Origin: Eledone cirrhosa
Taxonomy: Eukaryota
Assembly (NCBI GenBank): GCA_964016885.1
Contig: OZ024744.1
Coordinates: forward strand, 86,242,001-86,306,000
DNA length: 64,000 nucleotides
Direction: 5' to 3'
Position 1 is the stretch's first letter. Each line of letters opens with the position of its first letter. Positions 14,133 to 28,042 of this stretch are shown here, one piece after another. The notes under the pieces are model-generated. The model worked only from the letters and a program-made list of their open reading frames with translations, did no database searches and had not been told where the DNA came from. Made by a program: the position numbers and the translations under genes.

Positions 14133-14135
<3 letters not shown>
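13954..14135 (+). mobile_element. SINE family 1
   Basis: A and B boxes plus central motif. Confidence 0.87.
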
Positions 14136-14171
<36 letters not shown>

Positions 14172-14449
14172 AAATCAAATAAGGCTACTACTATTAATGA
14201 GTTGGGAAGAATCTGAATACAACTGTTTTGGCATATATTGTAGTGTGTAAATAAACAATTGGTTTATCCAAAGTCTAATACCTGATGTGTGTCTAGCAAC
14301 TTGAGAGAAAATATAGGAAGGGCGGCGAAACTTGATTTACTCGCTGCTTTTCTAATAATGACCTCGAATAGAAAGGTTTAAGTAAATGGTTTTAGATAAA
14401 TGGTAATAGAATAAAAGGTTGGGAATTGTGTGTGAATATTATGCTTACA

Positions 14450-14626
14450 AACACACACACATACATGTATATATATATATATACATATATATCCATGCAT
14501 ATGTATATATATATATATGTATCTATGCATATATATATATATATATATATGTGTGTGTATGTATGCATATACATATATAAGTACATATATATATATGCAT
14601 ACATATATATATATACATATATATAT

Positions 14627-14689
<63 letters not shown>

Positions 14690-14824
14690 CATATATATAT
14701 GTACTTATATATGTGTGTATGTATATGTATATATATATATATGTATGTATATCTATATCTATAAATGGATATACATATATAAGTACACATATATATATAT
14801 ATGCATACATCCATATATATATAT

Positions 14825-14862
<38 letters not shown>

Positions 14863-14905
14863 GTATATGTGCATGATTGTATGCATATTATGTAAACATT
14901 ATTCA

Positions 14906-14966
<61 letters not shown>

Positions 14967-15064
14967 ATATATAAATGTACATAATTAGGTATGTATGTGT
15001 GTATCTATGTAGGTATACATATATATGTGTATGTATGTTTGTATGTATGTGTGTTTGTGTGTGT

Positions 15065-15092
<28 letters not shown>
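14450..15092. repeat. Compound (TA)/(CA)/(TG) microsatellite
   Basis: Seen directly. Confidence 0.95.
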
Positions 15093-15095
<3 letters not shown>

Positions 15096-15246
15096 GCACA
15101 GCAAACAGATGTAGAAAAAAACAAACAAAAACATAGAAGGAGAATATATGAATTGATGAGAATATACACACTTACAAACACTTACAAACACTTACAAACA
15201 AAATCACACGCATACACGCACAGTGTCATATATATATATACATATA

Positions 15247-15410
15247 TAACGTAGGAAGTGTGGTAAAGAACCAGATGGACCATAACGCACCAGAGTACTC
15301 AATACTATGGGTAGTAGATTAGGTAATAAGCTCCGGCCGTTTCGACACCTATTTCTGAAATAGGTGTCGAAACGGCCGGAGCTCAGCCGTCGGGCTCCTG
15401 ACTCTTTTCA
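15247..15410. mobile_element. Fold-back PLE terminus (family of 11525-11640)
   Basis: Perfect inverted repeat AGCTCCGGCCGTTTCGACACCTATTTC-T-GAAATAGGTGTCGAAACGGCCGGAGCT at 15329-15383. Confidence 0.75.
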
Positions 15411-15431
15411 TATAAATATTTATATATACAG

Positions 15432-15630
15432 AGGGTTGATTCCTCATGGTAGATCGATATATTGACTAACAGGTAGTGGCTTTGTACATACGTATTATTT
15501 CTAGTCTTAAAAACCTTGATATATCGCACTGTCTTCCACAGTAGGTATATCGATCTACCATGGTCAATCATCCTCAGAAACGATCGTAATTCTGTGAACT
15601 AATTAAGAAGCCATATTCGACCTTTGTTTT
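15432..15630 (+). repeat. Long-hairpin element ending in GAAACGATCGTA; inverted copy at 17135-17340
   Basis: CATGGTAGATCGATATA / TATATCGATCTACCATG stem; HHR-like 3' half. Confidence 0.6.
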
Positions 15631-15726
15631 ATTTGGAATGTTCAAGTATTTCCTGACTATCTAGGAAAAACTTGAACCGTTAAGATCTTCATCCTGGATA
15701 TGTCAATATTTATAAAACAAACTTTG

Positions 15727-15787
15727 TATTTTATCTGATGAGAGCGTACCAAAGTTTTGGTACCCTTGAAATATATATAATAGAATA
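15727..15787 (+). ncRNA. Minimal type I hammerhead ribozyme
   Basis: TATTTTAT-CTGATGA-GAGCGTACCAAA..TTTGGTACCCTT-GAAA-TATATATA-ATAGAATA. Confidence 0.72.
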
Positions 15788-15829
15788 AATATGGTTTCAG
15801 AAATATAGTTTCCATTTATTAATATTATC

Positions 15830-15902
<73 letters not shown>

Positions 15903-16106
15903 TAGTAATTAAAGTATATAATTAAATAGAAATTTGCTTAATAAACTTTATTCCATATTAATTAAACTAATTAAAAATTGTCACTGCGAAAATACGAAAA
16001 CGTGACTGAGAATGTGTGGCTAACTTTGCAAGGTAGCACGTGTTGTGCAGAAGACCGGGAATTTTGAGTTTGACGGAACATAAAACCTTATTTATATATA
16101 TATATA

Positions 16107-16842
16107 AACGGAAAAAATGAAACGAAATTTCTTTTCTCACTCTTAAATATAAGTATGTATACGTACATACATATATGTATACAGACGTACAGTAGTATCT
16201 ATATATATATACATACATGCACACACATATATATGTACGTATGGATTCACCAAACATTTATTATAATGTTCGGTGTGTTTGTAAACAAACATCCATTATT
16301 AAGCTGTAGTGTCTAGCAACCACCGTTGCTCGTTTGTTCAACACTGACAAAGGAACGCTGTACTAGTTGCAAGCTTATTAGCTATCGTCAGCAACGTATA
16401 CCTTCCTGCCAGAAAGTTGAACGTCCGAAAGTATATACTTTCCTTATGCATATTAACGGCTGAGTAGCCCAATTTGCATAACGAGTGGGTTAATCGGCCT
16501 ATTAACCCACTCGATATGCAAATTGGGCTACTCAGCCGTTAATATGCATAAGGTAAGTATATACGTTCAACAATCTGGCAGGAAGGTATACGTTGCTGAC
16601 GATAGCTAACAAGCTTGAAACTAGTACAGTGTTCCTTTGTCAGTGTTGAACAAACGAGCAACGGTGGTTGCTAGACACTACGGCTTAATACGGGATGTTT
16701 GTTTACAAACACACCGAACATTATAATATATGTTTGGTGAATCCATACGTACATATATATATGTGTGCATGTATGTATATATATATATACATACTACTGT
16801 ACATCTGTATACATATATGTATGTACGTATACATACTTATAT
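16107..16842. mobile_element. About 700-bp palindrome of an HHR-bearing non-coding element (family of 53755-54660)
   Basis: Arms at about 16145-16494 and 16501-16842 around a CGGCCT loop; an HHR motif in each arm. Confidence 0.85.
16591..16631 (+). ncRNA. Minimal type I hammerhead ribozyme (mirror copy 16356-16396 has GAAA>GCAA)
   Basis: CGTTG-CTGACGA-TAGCT-AACA-AGCTT-GAAA-CTAGTA^CAGTG. Confidence 0.75.
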
Positions 16843-16875
16843 ATATATAGGAAGATATATATATACATATATATA

Positions 16876-16964
<89 letters not shown>

Positions 16965-17407
16965 TAGTTAGATAGATATAATGCTGTTGTTTGAGGTGAA
17001 TTTTCGCGGAAACCTTATGCGATGGACATCTACCACAAAAACTAAACCACTAACCACCAAATCTCGCTGTATGCGGTGTATATGTATATATATGTGTGTG
17101 TGTATTTGTGTTGTGTATATAGAACATTGCAAATAAAACAAAGGTCGAATATGGCTTCTTAATTAGTTAATAGTACTACAATCGTTTCAGAGGTTGTTTG
17201 ACCATGGTAGATCGATATACCTACTGTGGAAGACGGTGTGATAGATCGAGGTTTTCAAGACTGGAAATACGTCGGGTCAAAGCCACTACCTGCTAGTCAA
17301 TATATCGATCTACCATGAGGAATAAACCCTCTCATACGATCTATGAACTAATTATGAGCCTATCTTCAACGTTTGTTATATTTTCATTGATAATATTTTC
17401 CCCCTCC

Positions 17408-17502
<95 letters not shown>

Positions 17503-17602
17503 GCCTTCCAATTCCATTTAACATTATATACATGTCTGTATATTTTAATCCTTCAAAAATTGTTTTTATGCGAACATGATTTAAACAAATTTTATTTAGT
17601 GA

Positions 17603-17710
17603 ACGTGACCCAGTGGTCATATACGGTCTAGTATCTACTAATAAAGTCAAGAAGGCACGTGACCCAGTGGTCATGTACGGTCTAGTATCTACTAATAAAG
17701 TCAAGAAGGC
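17603..17710. repeat. Two-copy 54-bp tandem repeat
   Basis: CGTGACCCAGTGGTCAT.TACGGTCTAGTATCTACTAATAAAGTCAAGAAGGCA twice. Confidence 0.85.
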
Positions 17711-17812
17711 ATATGAGGTGTTGTCAAAGAATCTATAGACAGCAATTTCTGCATGAGTTTCCTATATATATACAGTGTATATATATACATACATACATAC
17801 ACAGACACACAG

Positions 17813-17890
<78 letters not shown>

Positions 17891-17956
17891 GTATATATAC
17901 ATTCATAGACACACACACGCACACACACGCACACACACACACACAAACACACACAC

Positions 17957-17993
<37 letters not shown>

Positions 17994-17994
<1 letters not shown>

Positions 17995-18112
17995 TAAAAT
18001 AACAGATTAAAGTTTAAGCAAAGAATCGGTGCTTTAACGCTCTTATATATTTGATATATATTCATCCTTATCGAGCCCTCTTTGGATTTTAGTCTTCAAA
18101 TTTATTATTATT
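17994..18112. repeat. Short TA-flanked dispersed repeat (also 28603-28740, and inverted at 46098-46215)
   Basis: Three clearly similar copies, all in (TA)n; the 28.6-kb copy has a fold-back. Confidence 0.75.
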
Positions 18113-18181
18113 ACTATATATATATATATAATAAAATAACAGGAGGCTGGAGGAATGGTGCGAATCCTTGAAAGGTGTATT

Positions 18182-18239
18182 ATACTATGATCATTTCAAT
18201 GACCGGGTTCAGTATGAATCCGGTGACATCATCAGGTAT
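18182..18239 (-). ncRNA. Minimal type I hammerhead ribozyme
   Basis: Minus strand: ATAC-CTGATGA-TGTCACCGG..CCGGTCATT-GAAA-TGATCATA^GTAT. Confidence 0.72.
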
Positions 18240-18422
18240 TCAAAATATAACAAAGGAATATAACAGATACAATCCATGGGGCTGAAAATCAGAGACAAGA
18301 GGACGACCAACCATTTAGCAGCTTCTACCTCGGTCGGCCGCCCTCAATATACCTATATATATATATATATATAAATGAAAGGTATAGAAATTGTTGTAGC
18401 GAGAAGCTAACAGTATTCCATA

Positions 18423-18485
<63 letters not shown>

Positions 18486-18572
18486 TATAGAGAAAATACT
18501 GCAGGTAGCACATGGTAACATGTAATAAAATACGTCCCTCATCAGTGATTTGCCGAAGATCATAGATATTTC

Positions 18573-18625
<53 letters not shown>

Positions 18626-18999
18626 AACACAAGTGAACACTTTCATTGTCATATACAATCCAGTGCCGTTTTGGAAATAAATTTATGAAGCCAAATTCTC
18701 TATCATATATTTCCTGCGGAAACTTTATATATTTTGAATGGAGAAATGTTGTGTATTTAGGAAATGTGTTGTCCTATTTCAACTAAATTTCATTTTTAGT
18801 CGGGAAACTCAGAATTACAGTGTGTCTTCTATAAATTATTACGACAGTGTCTGTTCCTGTGTTTCAGTTTACCGATTTAAACCCGTTCTGTGTAAATTAA
18901 TAAGGAATATACGAACAATATAACAATAAAAAAACATGAATTCCCACAAAAAATATATTTCGGTTCGTGCATCATAAAGAAGTCTGTAGTTATTTGTGG

Positions 19000-19275
19000 A
19001 GGCAGCTGGCCTAATGGGAAGGCTGTTGGACTTACGATCATGATGTTGTGTGTTCGATTCCTGAACTGGATTGTGTGTTGTGTTCTTGAGCAAAACACTT
19101 TATTTCAGGTTGCTCGAGGAAACTGGCTTACCAGCATAATCTGAGAGTTTAAATCTGTGCTGGACTGGTGTCCTGTTCAGGGGAAGTTGTGCACTATCGG
19201 TCGCTTAACACATGTCAAACCAGGATGAGAACCGGCCTGCTAAGCCTCCTGGCACGAAACAGACATTACACTTTA
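19000..19275 (+). mobile_element. tRNA-derived SINE, family 2 (CORE-like); also 37313-37590 (+) and about 24850-25060 (-)
   Basis: A-box TGGCCTAATGG, B-box GTTCGATTCC, central TTCTTGAGCAAAACACTT. Confidence 0.75.
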
Positions 19276-19407
19276 GATGTAGCAATTTGATGCTGTTGTA
19301 CAGGGAAATGGGGGAAGAGAGCGAGGGCCGTGCAGGGTGCCATTAATAAATGAACACTCTTTGGCCCAGACATTAACTAACAACCCATTATTTTTAGCAA
19401 CCAAAAT

Positions 19408-19588
19408 AATTGTTTCTACTTTTGGCACAAGGCCTGCAATTATACCAACGTATTACTGGTACTTTATTTTATCGACCCCGTAAGGATGAAAGGAAAAGTT
19501 AACCTCGGCAGGATTTGAATTGAGAATGACAAGGGACGTAACTCTATGCGTCAAAGCATGGCGTCAGACCCTCTACCGATACTGCCAA
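19408..19588 (-). mobile_element. SINE family 1
   Basis: Family motifs present. Confidence 0.87.
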
Positions 19589-20000
19589 TGCAAATACATA
19601 CATACAAATACTGCATGCTTACATTCCCGTCAGAATAAACACTACATACATACATATATCCATAAACCCTTCCATCCATACATACACACACATACGTACA
19701 TCTATCCATCCATACATACACACACATACGTACATCTATCCGTCATCCATCTATCTATACACACACACACATGCGCACATCTATCCATCCATACATACAC
19801 ACACATACGTACATCTATCCATCCATACATACACACATATAGATACATCTATCCATCCATCCATACATACACACACATACGTACATCTATCCATCCATCC
19901 ATACATACATACATGCTTACATACAAATACACGCACACACATACATATTTACATGCATACTCACACCTACATACTTACACACATACATGCATACATACAT

Positions 20001-20430
20001 GGTGGCTGCCAACTCGTTTTCGAGTACGGCCACTACTTTATATCCATGTAGGAGAAACCCTACTGATGCGCTGAACGAGTGTGACTTTTTAGTCCAGCCA
20101 GCGACATGAAAACTCTGGTACAAACACTACACTTGTGACAATTATTGACACGTAGTGCTGGGCCCATGGTACCATGTGACGACAAGTGCAGAGAGATCTC
20201 CAGATATAAAGCAATACCTGTGCCGTGAAGCTTTTATAGTGAGCAAAGGCACTGCACAAAGCCAGTCCTGCTCTCTTAACCAAGATGATATTTACCAAAA
20301 AGAAGAACAAGTCAACATCATTGGATACCATCAGGGTTGCAGGTGTTATATAAGAGTTTTCCTTCTCCTAGAATTCTGCCTTGACAAAGGCTAAGGGGTC
20401 ATCTCTCCCGGATAATGGAGCAATGACCCC
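20001..20430 (-). mobile_element. Short RTE-derived element with (TATG)n tail
   Basis: Near-identical inverted copy of about 27030-27441. Confidence 0.75.
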
Positions 20431-20669
20431 TTAATCCTGGATAATGGACACATGCATAAATACATACATACATACCTACATATTGAGGGCCATCAGTCGA
20501 AAATAAATGTAGACTATGTAAAACAAAGATCGAAGATGTTAGCCACATTGTTGCCAACTGTGAAAGAACATACATACATGTACACATACATACAAACATG
20601 CATACATACATACATACATACATACATACATACATACATACATACATACATACATACGTACATACATAC

Positions 20670-21535
20670 AGAAAAAGTTGTGCTTTACAGAAAAAGTTGT
20701 GCATGGATACTTGAGGCGTAAAACACAGACCATAGAGGGGATAAATCACTCAAAAAGCCTGGCATGGAGTTCCGACAAGTTTATGACATCACACCTTGAG
20801 GGATATCTCTATGCAATACAGGAACAAGAACTCCCTACCAAATATCTGCTGCACAAAAGAGGAGGGCCAGCAGCTGACAATAAATGTAGGCTATGTAAAA
20901 CAAAGATCGAGGATGTAAGCCACATTGTTGCCAGCTGCGAAGAATGTCATCTCGCTACTACCTCCCCATGAGACACGATAGGATAGCTAGAACCATCTGG
21001 AACGCACTTCGGAAAACAAAATTAACAACAAACGAGGAAGAATATATTGAGACAGATGGCACTAAGGAATACTGGTGGAACCTGAAAATAAAAACTGCCA
21101 CCAAATTAAAGCACAACCGGCCTGATATTGTAGTTACCACACATTGAAAACGTGTTCTGTTGTGGGGATCAGCTGCCCACTTGATGTAAACGTTGTCAGA
21201 AAAATACAGGAGAAGGAGGACATCTACGGACCATTGATGAGGAGTTTACAAATCCAGTATCCAAGATACACCTTTAGCTTCATACCCATCATTATTGGTG
21301 CTACGGGTTATATACCAACCCGCTTGGACCAAAGTATGACCGAACTTGGATTTGCGGACAAAAAGCGCAGCTCCCTAATTCATAGTCTACAAATGGCTGC
21401 GATAGCTGGCACCTTCAAAATTTGCAAAACATTCTTGCGATTCAAGGGATGACAATTTCTTTTCTTTTACAACCTTGCCACCAGGAAGGTGGCCGGTCAA
21501 AAAAATATACTCGAAATTAAGAGAAAGAGAAAACA
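20670..21535 (+). mobile_element. 3' part of an R4/Dong-like non-LTR retrotransposon (CCHC plus restriction-like endonuclease)
   Basis: CRLCKTKIEDVSHIVASC, RHDRIA, HNRPDIV, ISCPLDVNV..K..EKEDIY; flanked by (CATA)n. Confidence 0.85.
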
Positions 21536-21600
21536 TACGTATGTACATACATACATACATACATACATACATACATACATACATACATACATACATACAT

Positions 21601-22022
21601 GTTAAGGCTTTACAGTTAACCAAAGTCCCACAACCATTGGTAGTTGCTGTTGAACGTCTGACCAAGAACTGATACACCAATTTGATCCTTAGAGGTGAGA
21701 AGGAGCAAGTTAAGACTGATAAGATACGTTACCAGAAGGGCATCTTTCAGGGTGATAGCTTGTCAGTGCTACTCTTCGTTCTCTCACTAAATCCACTATC
21801 TTACCAACCCGCTTGAACCAAAATATGACTGAACTTGGATTTGCGGACAAAGAGCGCAGCTCTCTAATTCATAGTCTACAAATGGCTGCGATAGCTGGCA
21901 CCTTCAAAATTTGCAAAACATTCTTGCGATTCAAGAGATGACAATTTCTTTTCTTTTACAACCTTGCCACCAGGAAGGTGGCCGGTCAAAAAAATATACT
22001 CGAAATTAAGAGAAAGAGATAA
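21601..22022 (+). mobile_element. Second, internally deleted R4/Dong-like copy
   Basis: RT motif KGIFQGDSLSVLLFVLSLNPLSY joined to a near-identical duplicate of 21315-21535. Confidence 0.8.
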
Positions 22023-22483
22023 CATATATACATACATATATACATGATGGCTGCCCCCTCGTTATCGAGTATGGCCATTGCATGATATACCATTATTACT
22101 AACATTATCGGTAACTACTGAGCAGCAGGTTTTATATCGGAGTTATCCCACTTTCCTGCCTTCTCCTAGAAGAATGCCCTGACAAAAGCTAGCGGTCCTT
22201 AACTCCTAGTGGTTTAACCGCGCGATCGGGTGTCAAACCCGACTATTTTTATGTCCCCGCGCATATACATACCTGCATACATACATAAATTTGTGAAATT
22301 ATAAAACCAGAAGAACGAACATACATAGATACATACATACATACACGCATACATACAAACATACCTGCATTCGTATATAATACATATATAATTGTTTCTA
22401 CTTTAGGCACAAGGCCAGCAATTAACCAGTGCATTACTGGTACTTTATTTTATCGACCCCGTAAGGATGAAAGGCTAAGTCAA

Positions 22484-23332
22484 CACATACATACACACAT
22501 ACATACATACATACATACATACATACATACATACATACATACATACATACATACATACACACATACATACATACATATACACATACATGTACACATACAA
22601 ACAAACCTGCATATATACATACATACACACATACACACATACATACATATACACATACATGTACACATTCAAACAAACCTGCATATATACATACATACCT
22701 GCATACATACATACATGCATAAGTACATGCATACATACACACACACATACATACATGTACACATACAAACATACCTGCATATATACATGCATACATACAT
22801 ACATACATACATACATACATACATGTACACATACAAACATACCTGCATATGTACATACATGCATACATACATACACGTACACATACAAACATAACTGCAT
22901 ATATACATACATGCATACATACATACATGCATACATACACGTATACATACAAACATACCTGCATATATACATTATACATACATGCATACATACATACATA
23001 CATACATACAAACATACCTGCATATATACATACATACATGCATACATACATACATACATACATACATACATACATACATACATACATACATACATACATA
23101 CATACATACATGTACATATACAAACATACCTGCATATATACATACATACATACATACATACATGTATACATACATGCATACATACATACGTACATACATA
23201 CAGACAACCATACATACATTGAGAGTGAGAGAGAGAGAGTGAGATAGATAGATAGATAAAGAGAGAGAGAGAGAAAGTGAGATAGATAGATAGATAGATA
23301 GGTAGATAAAGAGAGAGAGGAGGGAGAGAGAA

Positions 23333-23369
<37 letters not shown>

Positions 23370-23408
23370 GAGAGAGATAGGGAGAGGGAGAGAGAGAGGG
23401 AGAGAGAC
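22484..23408. repeat. (CATA)n compound satellite with higher-order unit, then (GA)/(GATA)n
   Basis: Recurring ACACATACAAACATACCTGCATATAT unit within (CATA)n. Confidence 0.95.
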
Positions 23409-24374
23409 ACAAATATTACGACGAGAACAGCGGCGGTAAATAAATGCCGAAGATGGGAATCAGCTATACCTAAAAAAAGACAACAGGTGTGTACAGAGGT
23501 GAATGTGTACTTAGTGAGAAAACACTGGTGTCTTACTTTGTTTTGCATTTTGTCTATTTTACTTTGTTACATTTATTTACTGAGAGAGGGTTCGCTTGAA
23601 TAATGCCCCAGCTATATATTTGCGTATGAAAAGGACAGAAATGGAAGAGGTGTCTACAAACCCAACAGACACTGCGTATAGCCATTTTCCCAGGCTTTGA
23701 TTTGTTGTCATTTTAGTTCTCTTGTAACCTCCCTTGTCTATGAGCTTTTTATTCTGTATGATAACATTGATGAGCTTCTAGAACACTGTATTGTTTTTCT
23801 TTTTTCATTTTTCTTTATGTTTTCTTCATGTTTTCTTTTCTCTTGTTCCACACACATAAACACACACACATATACACACATATACACAAACGCAAACATT
23901 TTTATTCTCTTCGTTTCGCCTTTGTTTTGTTATTCTATTACTTCCCATCCCTACGTACATATATGCATACATACGCACGAAGGTACATACATACATACGT
24001 ACATACATACATACATACGTAGATACATACATACAAACATACAGACATACAGACATACAGACATACAGACATACACATACATACATAAATGTATGCAGAC
24101 TTACATAGATATATTCATACACACATACATTCATAGATGCATGCATAAATACATACATACATACACACATACATACATACATACATACATACACACATGC
24201 ATAAATACATACATACATACACACATAAATACATACATACATACATACATACATACATACACACATACCTACATAGAGAGCATACATATAAATAAGGCAT
24301 TTTTTATATATAGAAACGTATTTCTTGCTTGGCAGATGAGAAGAAAAATTTGATAGAAGAAACGATGTGAATCA

Positions 24375-24479
<105 letters not shown>

Positions 24480-25071
24480 GACATACATACACTCTAATAT
24501 GCAAACACAAGCATACATATATAGACACACACATATATTTATACACACACATATATACATATGTGTGTGTGTGTGAATGTGTGCATGCTAGTGATTATGT
24601 GTGTATGTGTATATGTTCTTGTGTGCGCGAACGGTTATGAATCAACGACTTTTGGCACACGAAAATAACAGCCGAAAACAGGCGTAACTTACCTTTCGAT
24701 AATACATGTCACTAGAATGTTCCTTTAATGACATCGCGGTTGTTTTGGGGATAGTCTTGCCTTCTTCAAGATATTCTCGGCATTACCTGACGATCAGTGA
24801 TGGCCCCATACATATCAGACTGCTAACTTTTTGATATCAGATATTTTGCATTTAATATATATATCTCCATTCGACCAATGTTGTCCACCGGAAAAGGCAA
24901 ACACCGATGTAGCTTTTCACACGTGACGTCGCAACCTATTTATACATGTCATTGAACTGGAGCGACGTGAAATATCGTGTATGGATCAAGGGCATAACGC
25001 CTTACTCTATCCTTTGAATTAAAACACAATCTCAAGATTTTGAATGTAACACTCTAACCATATATATAGAC

Positions 25072-25354
25072 CAGACATGGGCAACCTTTTTCGAGAAGCA
25101 GACCAGACCGCTCATCATCAGGCTGACCGCAAGCGGTAATTTACAGTCGTGCCCTCATTAAAAAAAGGGTGGTAACTCAGGTTGTTTTGATTTGTTTCAT
25201 CAGAATTCGTACACGTTGTTTTCCTCGATCGTAAAAATGATAGAAAGATAAATTACGACTAAAAATTTGGGGTAAAAAGATCAGAAATATTTTACTTAGG
25301 TGACTTAAGCGAGCCATTCAGAAAGCTTCGCGGGCCGCAGGTTGCCCATGATTG
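25072..25354. mobile_element. Complete hAT-type MITE
   Basis: TIRs CAGACATGGGCAACCT / AGGTTGCCCATGATTG; perfect 8-bp TSD ATATAGAC (25064-25071, 25355-25362). Confidence 0.88.
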
Positions 25355-25392
25355 ATATAGACAGATAGACAGATAGACAGACAGACAGACAA

Positions 25393-25423
<31 letters not shown>

Positions 25424-25542
25424 CACACATACACACACACACACACACTCACACCCACACCCACCCACACCCACCCACAAACACACCCACACACACCCAC
25501 ACACACACACACAAACACATACACTCACACACACACACACAA

Positions 25543-25623
<81 letters not shown>

Positions 25624-25918
25624 CACACACACAGAATCATATGAACCAGCAGTTCCATTGGTAGGAGTCGAAAGTGCTTTAGTCCATGTCAACGTCCGAT
25701 GACCAAAGGAATTCACTGTCCTTCGTTAGCATATATATTTTAAAAGACTTCTAAAAAATTGTTTTGGGTTTTGTTACGTACGTTGTGTTGTCCTTTCTAT
25801 GTTAATTTTCTTAAGTATATAAATATATATAATTTTCTTAAGTATATAAAGATATGTTCCAAGGCTCTGAAACCATCAACAACAAAAACACAGAGCTGGC
25901 ATATCTAAGAACTGACTA

Positions 25919-25974
25919 ACCGCCTGATGAGGTCATAGCCATTCAATGGCTATCATCGAAATATATATAGCAGT
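25919..25974 (+). ncRNA. Minimal type I hammerhead ribozyme (related to 9968 and 46658)
   Basis: ACCGC-CTGATGA-GGTCATAGCCATT-C-AATGGCTATCATC-GAAA-TATATATA-GCAGT, then AATAAA. Confidence 0.75.
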
Positions 25975-26383
25975 AAATAAAGGATTATGAGTTCATGCAA
26001 TTGACTTATGTTTCATCACTATATATATATATATATATATATAAATATACGGCGAGAACAGGTTATCGTTATAGGCAGTCCACTTAGATGTAGTCCAGTT
26101 AGAGTACTCCGTGTATTGGAGATCGATTGACGCAAAATCAAGCGAGTAGCGTTCAAGGAAACAATTGTCAGTAATGTGAATGAAGCCCTTATTGTATAGC
26201 AAACAATGTCACCCTTCTTTCTTGAATTAAATATATATATATATATATATTTTCATGTATAATAAACTATATGTGTTTTAAGCTGAGATCACCTCATGCC
26301 TAACTTAGTACCACTAAGATCGATCGCTATGACACGCTCACTAATTTTTATACTGTTAGAGCTACTGGATGCACCCCCCCCCC

Positions 26384-26442
<59 letters not shown>

Positions 26443-26832
26443 TTGCGAGGTTTTTGATATGAAATCGTGTGTCGTAATCGTATGGCGTAAATATACAATA
26501 CAACAGGACGATGTTGCAAATGTGCAACGAAAGAACTTTGTTAGACTATATATATGTGTTTATGTCTATATTATATCCCTATTTTTGACCGTTGGTCAGT
26601 CAATGGTAAACATTGGGGGCCGAATGAATTAACTGATATAAAAGATGCAGAAGCGAAAACCAACCAAACAGTGTGTTCTGTTATTAAGTATGTAAGTATG
26701 TATGTATGAATGTATGTATGTATTTATATATGTATGAATGTATGTGTGTGTATGTATGTATGTATGAATGTATATATGTATGTGCGTGTGTATTTATATA
26801 TATGTATGAATGTATGTCAGCATGTATGTATG

Positions 26833-27441
26833 TATGAATGTATGTATGTATGTCAGGTCACCAGTTGGTGCTACTGGTAACATGTATCCCAGTACAACCT
26901 GTCTCATGGTCGGGTCGTTGGCGACTAAACTGGCAACCCCACCAAGGTTTCTTGGTGAGGTGGGTGATTTTGGACAAAACCTGTCAAAAGGCAAAGGAGC
27001 TCTTAAGAGTCAATGGCCATCCAAAATCACCGGGAGAGATGACCCCTTAGCCTTTGTCAAGGCAGAATTCTAGGAGAAGGAAAACTCTGATATAACACCT
27101 GCAACACTGATGGTATCCAATGATGTTGACTTGTTCTTCTTTTTGGTAAATATCATCTTGGTTAAGAGAGTGGGACTGGCTTTGTGCAGTGCCTTTGCTC
27201 ACTATAAAAGCTTCACGGCACAGGCATTGCTTTATATCTGGATATCTCTCTGCACTTGTCGTCACATGGTACCAAGGACCCAGCACTATGTGTCAATAAT
27301 TGTCACAAGTGTAGTGTTTGTGCCAGAGTTTTCAAGTCGCTGGCTGGACTAAAAAGTCACACTCGTTCAGCGCATCGGTAGGGGTTCTCCTACATGGATA
27401 TAAAGTAGTGGCCGTACTCGAAAACGAGTTGGCAGCCACCA
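26833..27441 (+). mobile_element. Short RTE-derived element (5' UTR-like head plus zinc-finger-encoding 3' end)
   Basis: 3' part translates CSVCARVFKSLAGLKSHTRSAH (C2H2, as at RTE/BovB C-termini); (TATG)n on both sides; a related remnant lies at 22045-22250 (-). Confidence 0.7.
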
Positions 27442-27447
27442 TGTGTG

Positions 27448-27481
<34 letters not shown>

Positions 27482-28042
27482 TGTATGTATGTATGTATGT
27501 ATGTATGTATGTATGTATGTATGTATGAATGTATATATGTATGAATGTATGTATGGAAGTGTGTGTATGTATGTATGTATGTATGAATGTATGTATGGAT
27601 GTGTGTGTATGCATGTATGTATGTATGTATGTATGTATGTATGTATGTATGTATGTATGTATGTATGTATGTATGCGTCAGTACGTATTAATATAGTAAA
27701 ATAAACGCAACGAGGTCAAAACCCTCTGAGAATCTAATCCAAACAAAAATCAATGCTCGCTTCTTCAGCTACAAAGATTAAAATCCTTAAGAACCCAATG
27801 GATCGAAACCGGGTTCCTACTACCGGTGGTGTGGGTGGCGACTGAACAGAACACATTGCTTTCCAGGCGTCTTAGTCTTTTGTATGCTCTTGTTATCGTT
27901 GTGTTCAATTTGTTAGCTTTCATTGACTGAAAACACACCCCCACACAAACATATGTAAACACACGCACACGCACAAGCACACGCACACGCACACGCACAC
28001 GCGCACACACACATATGTAGACGTCTCAACGTAAATTACTAT

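Noticed and set aside
17994-18112. HHR in the 18.0/28.7/46.1-kb family (TTGAAGA..GGAT.AAT)
   Set aside because: The core deviates in all three copies and stem I cannot be formed convincingly.
24600-24800. Minus-strand AAG/GTAAGT donor near 24692
   Set aside because: The upstream frame is closed by a nearby stop, there is no good acceptor, and it adjoins an old SINE.
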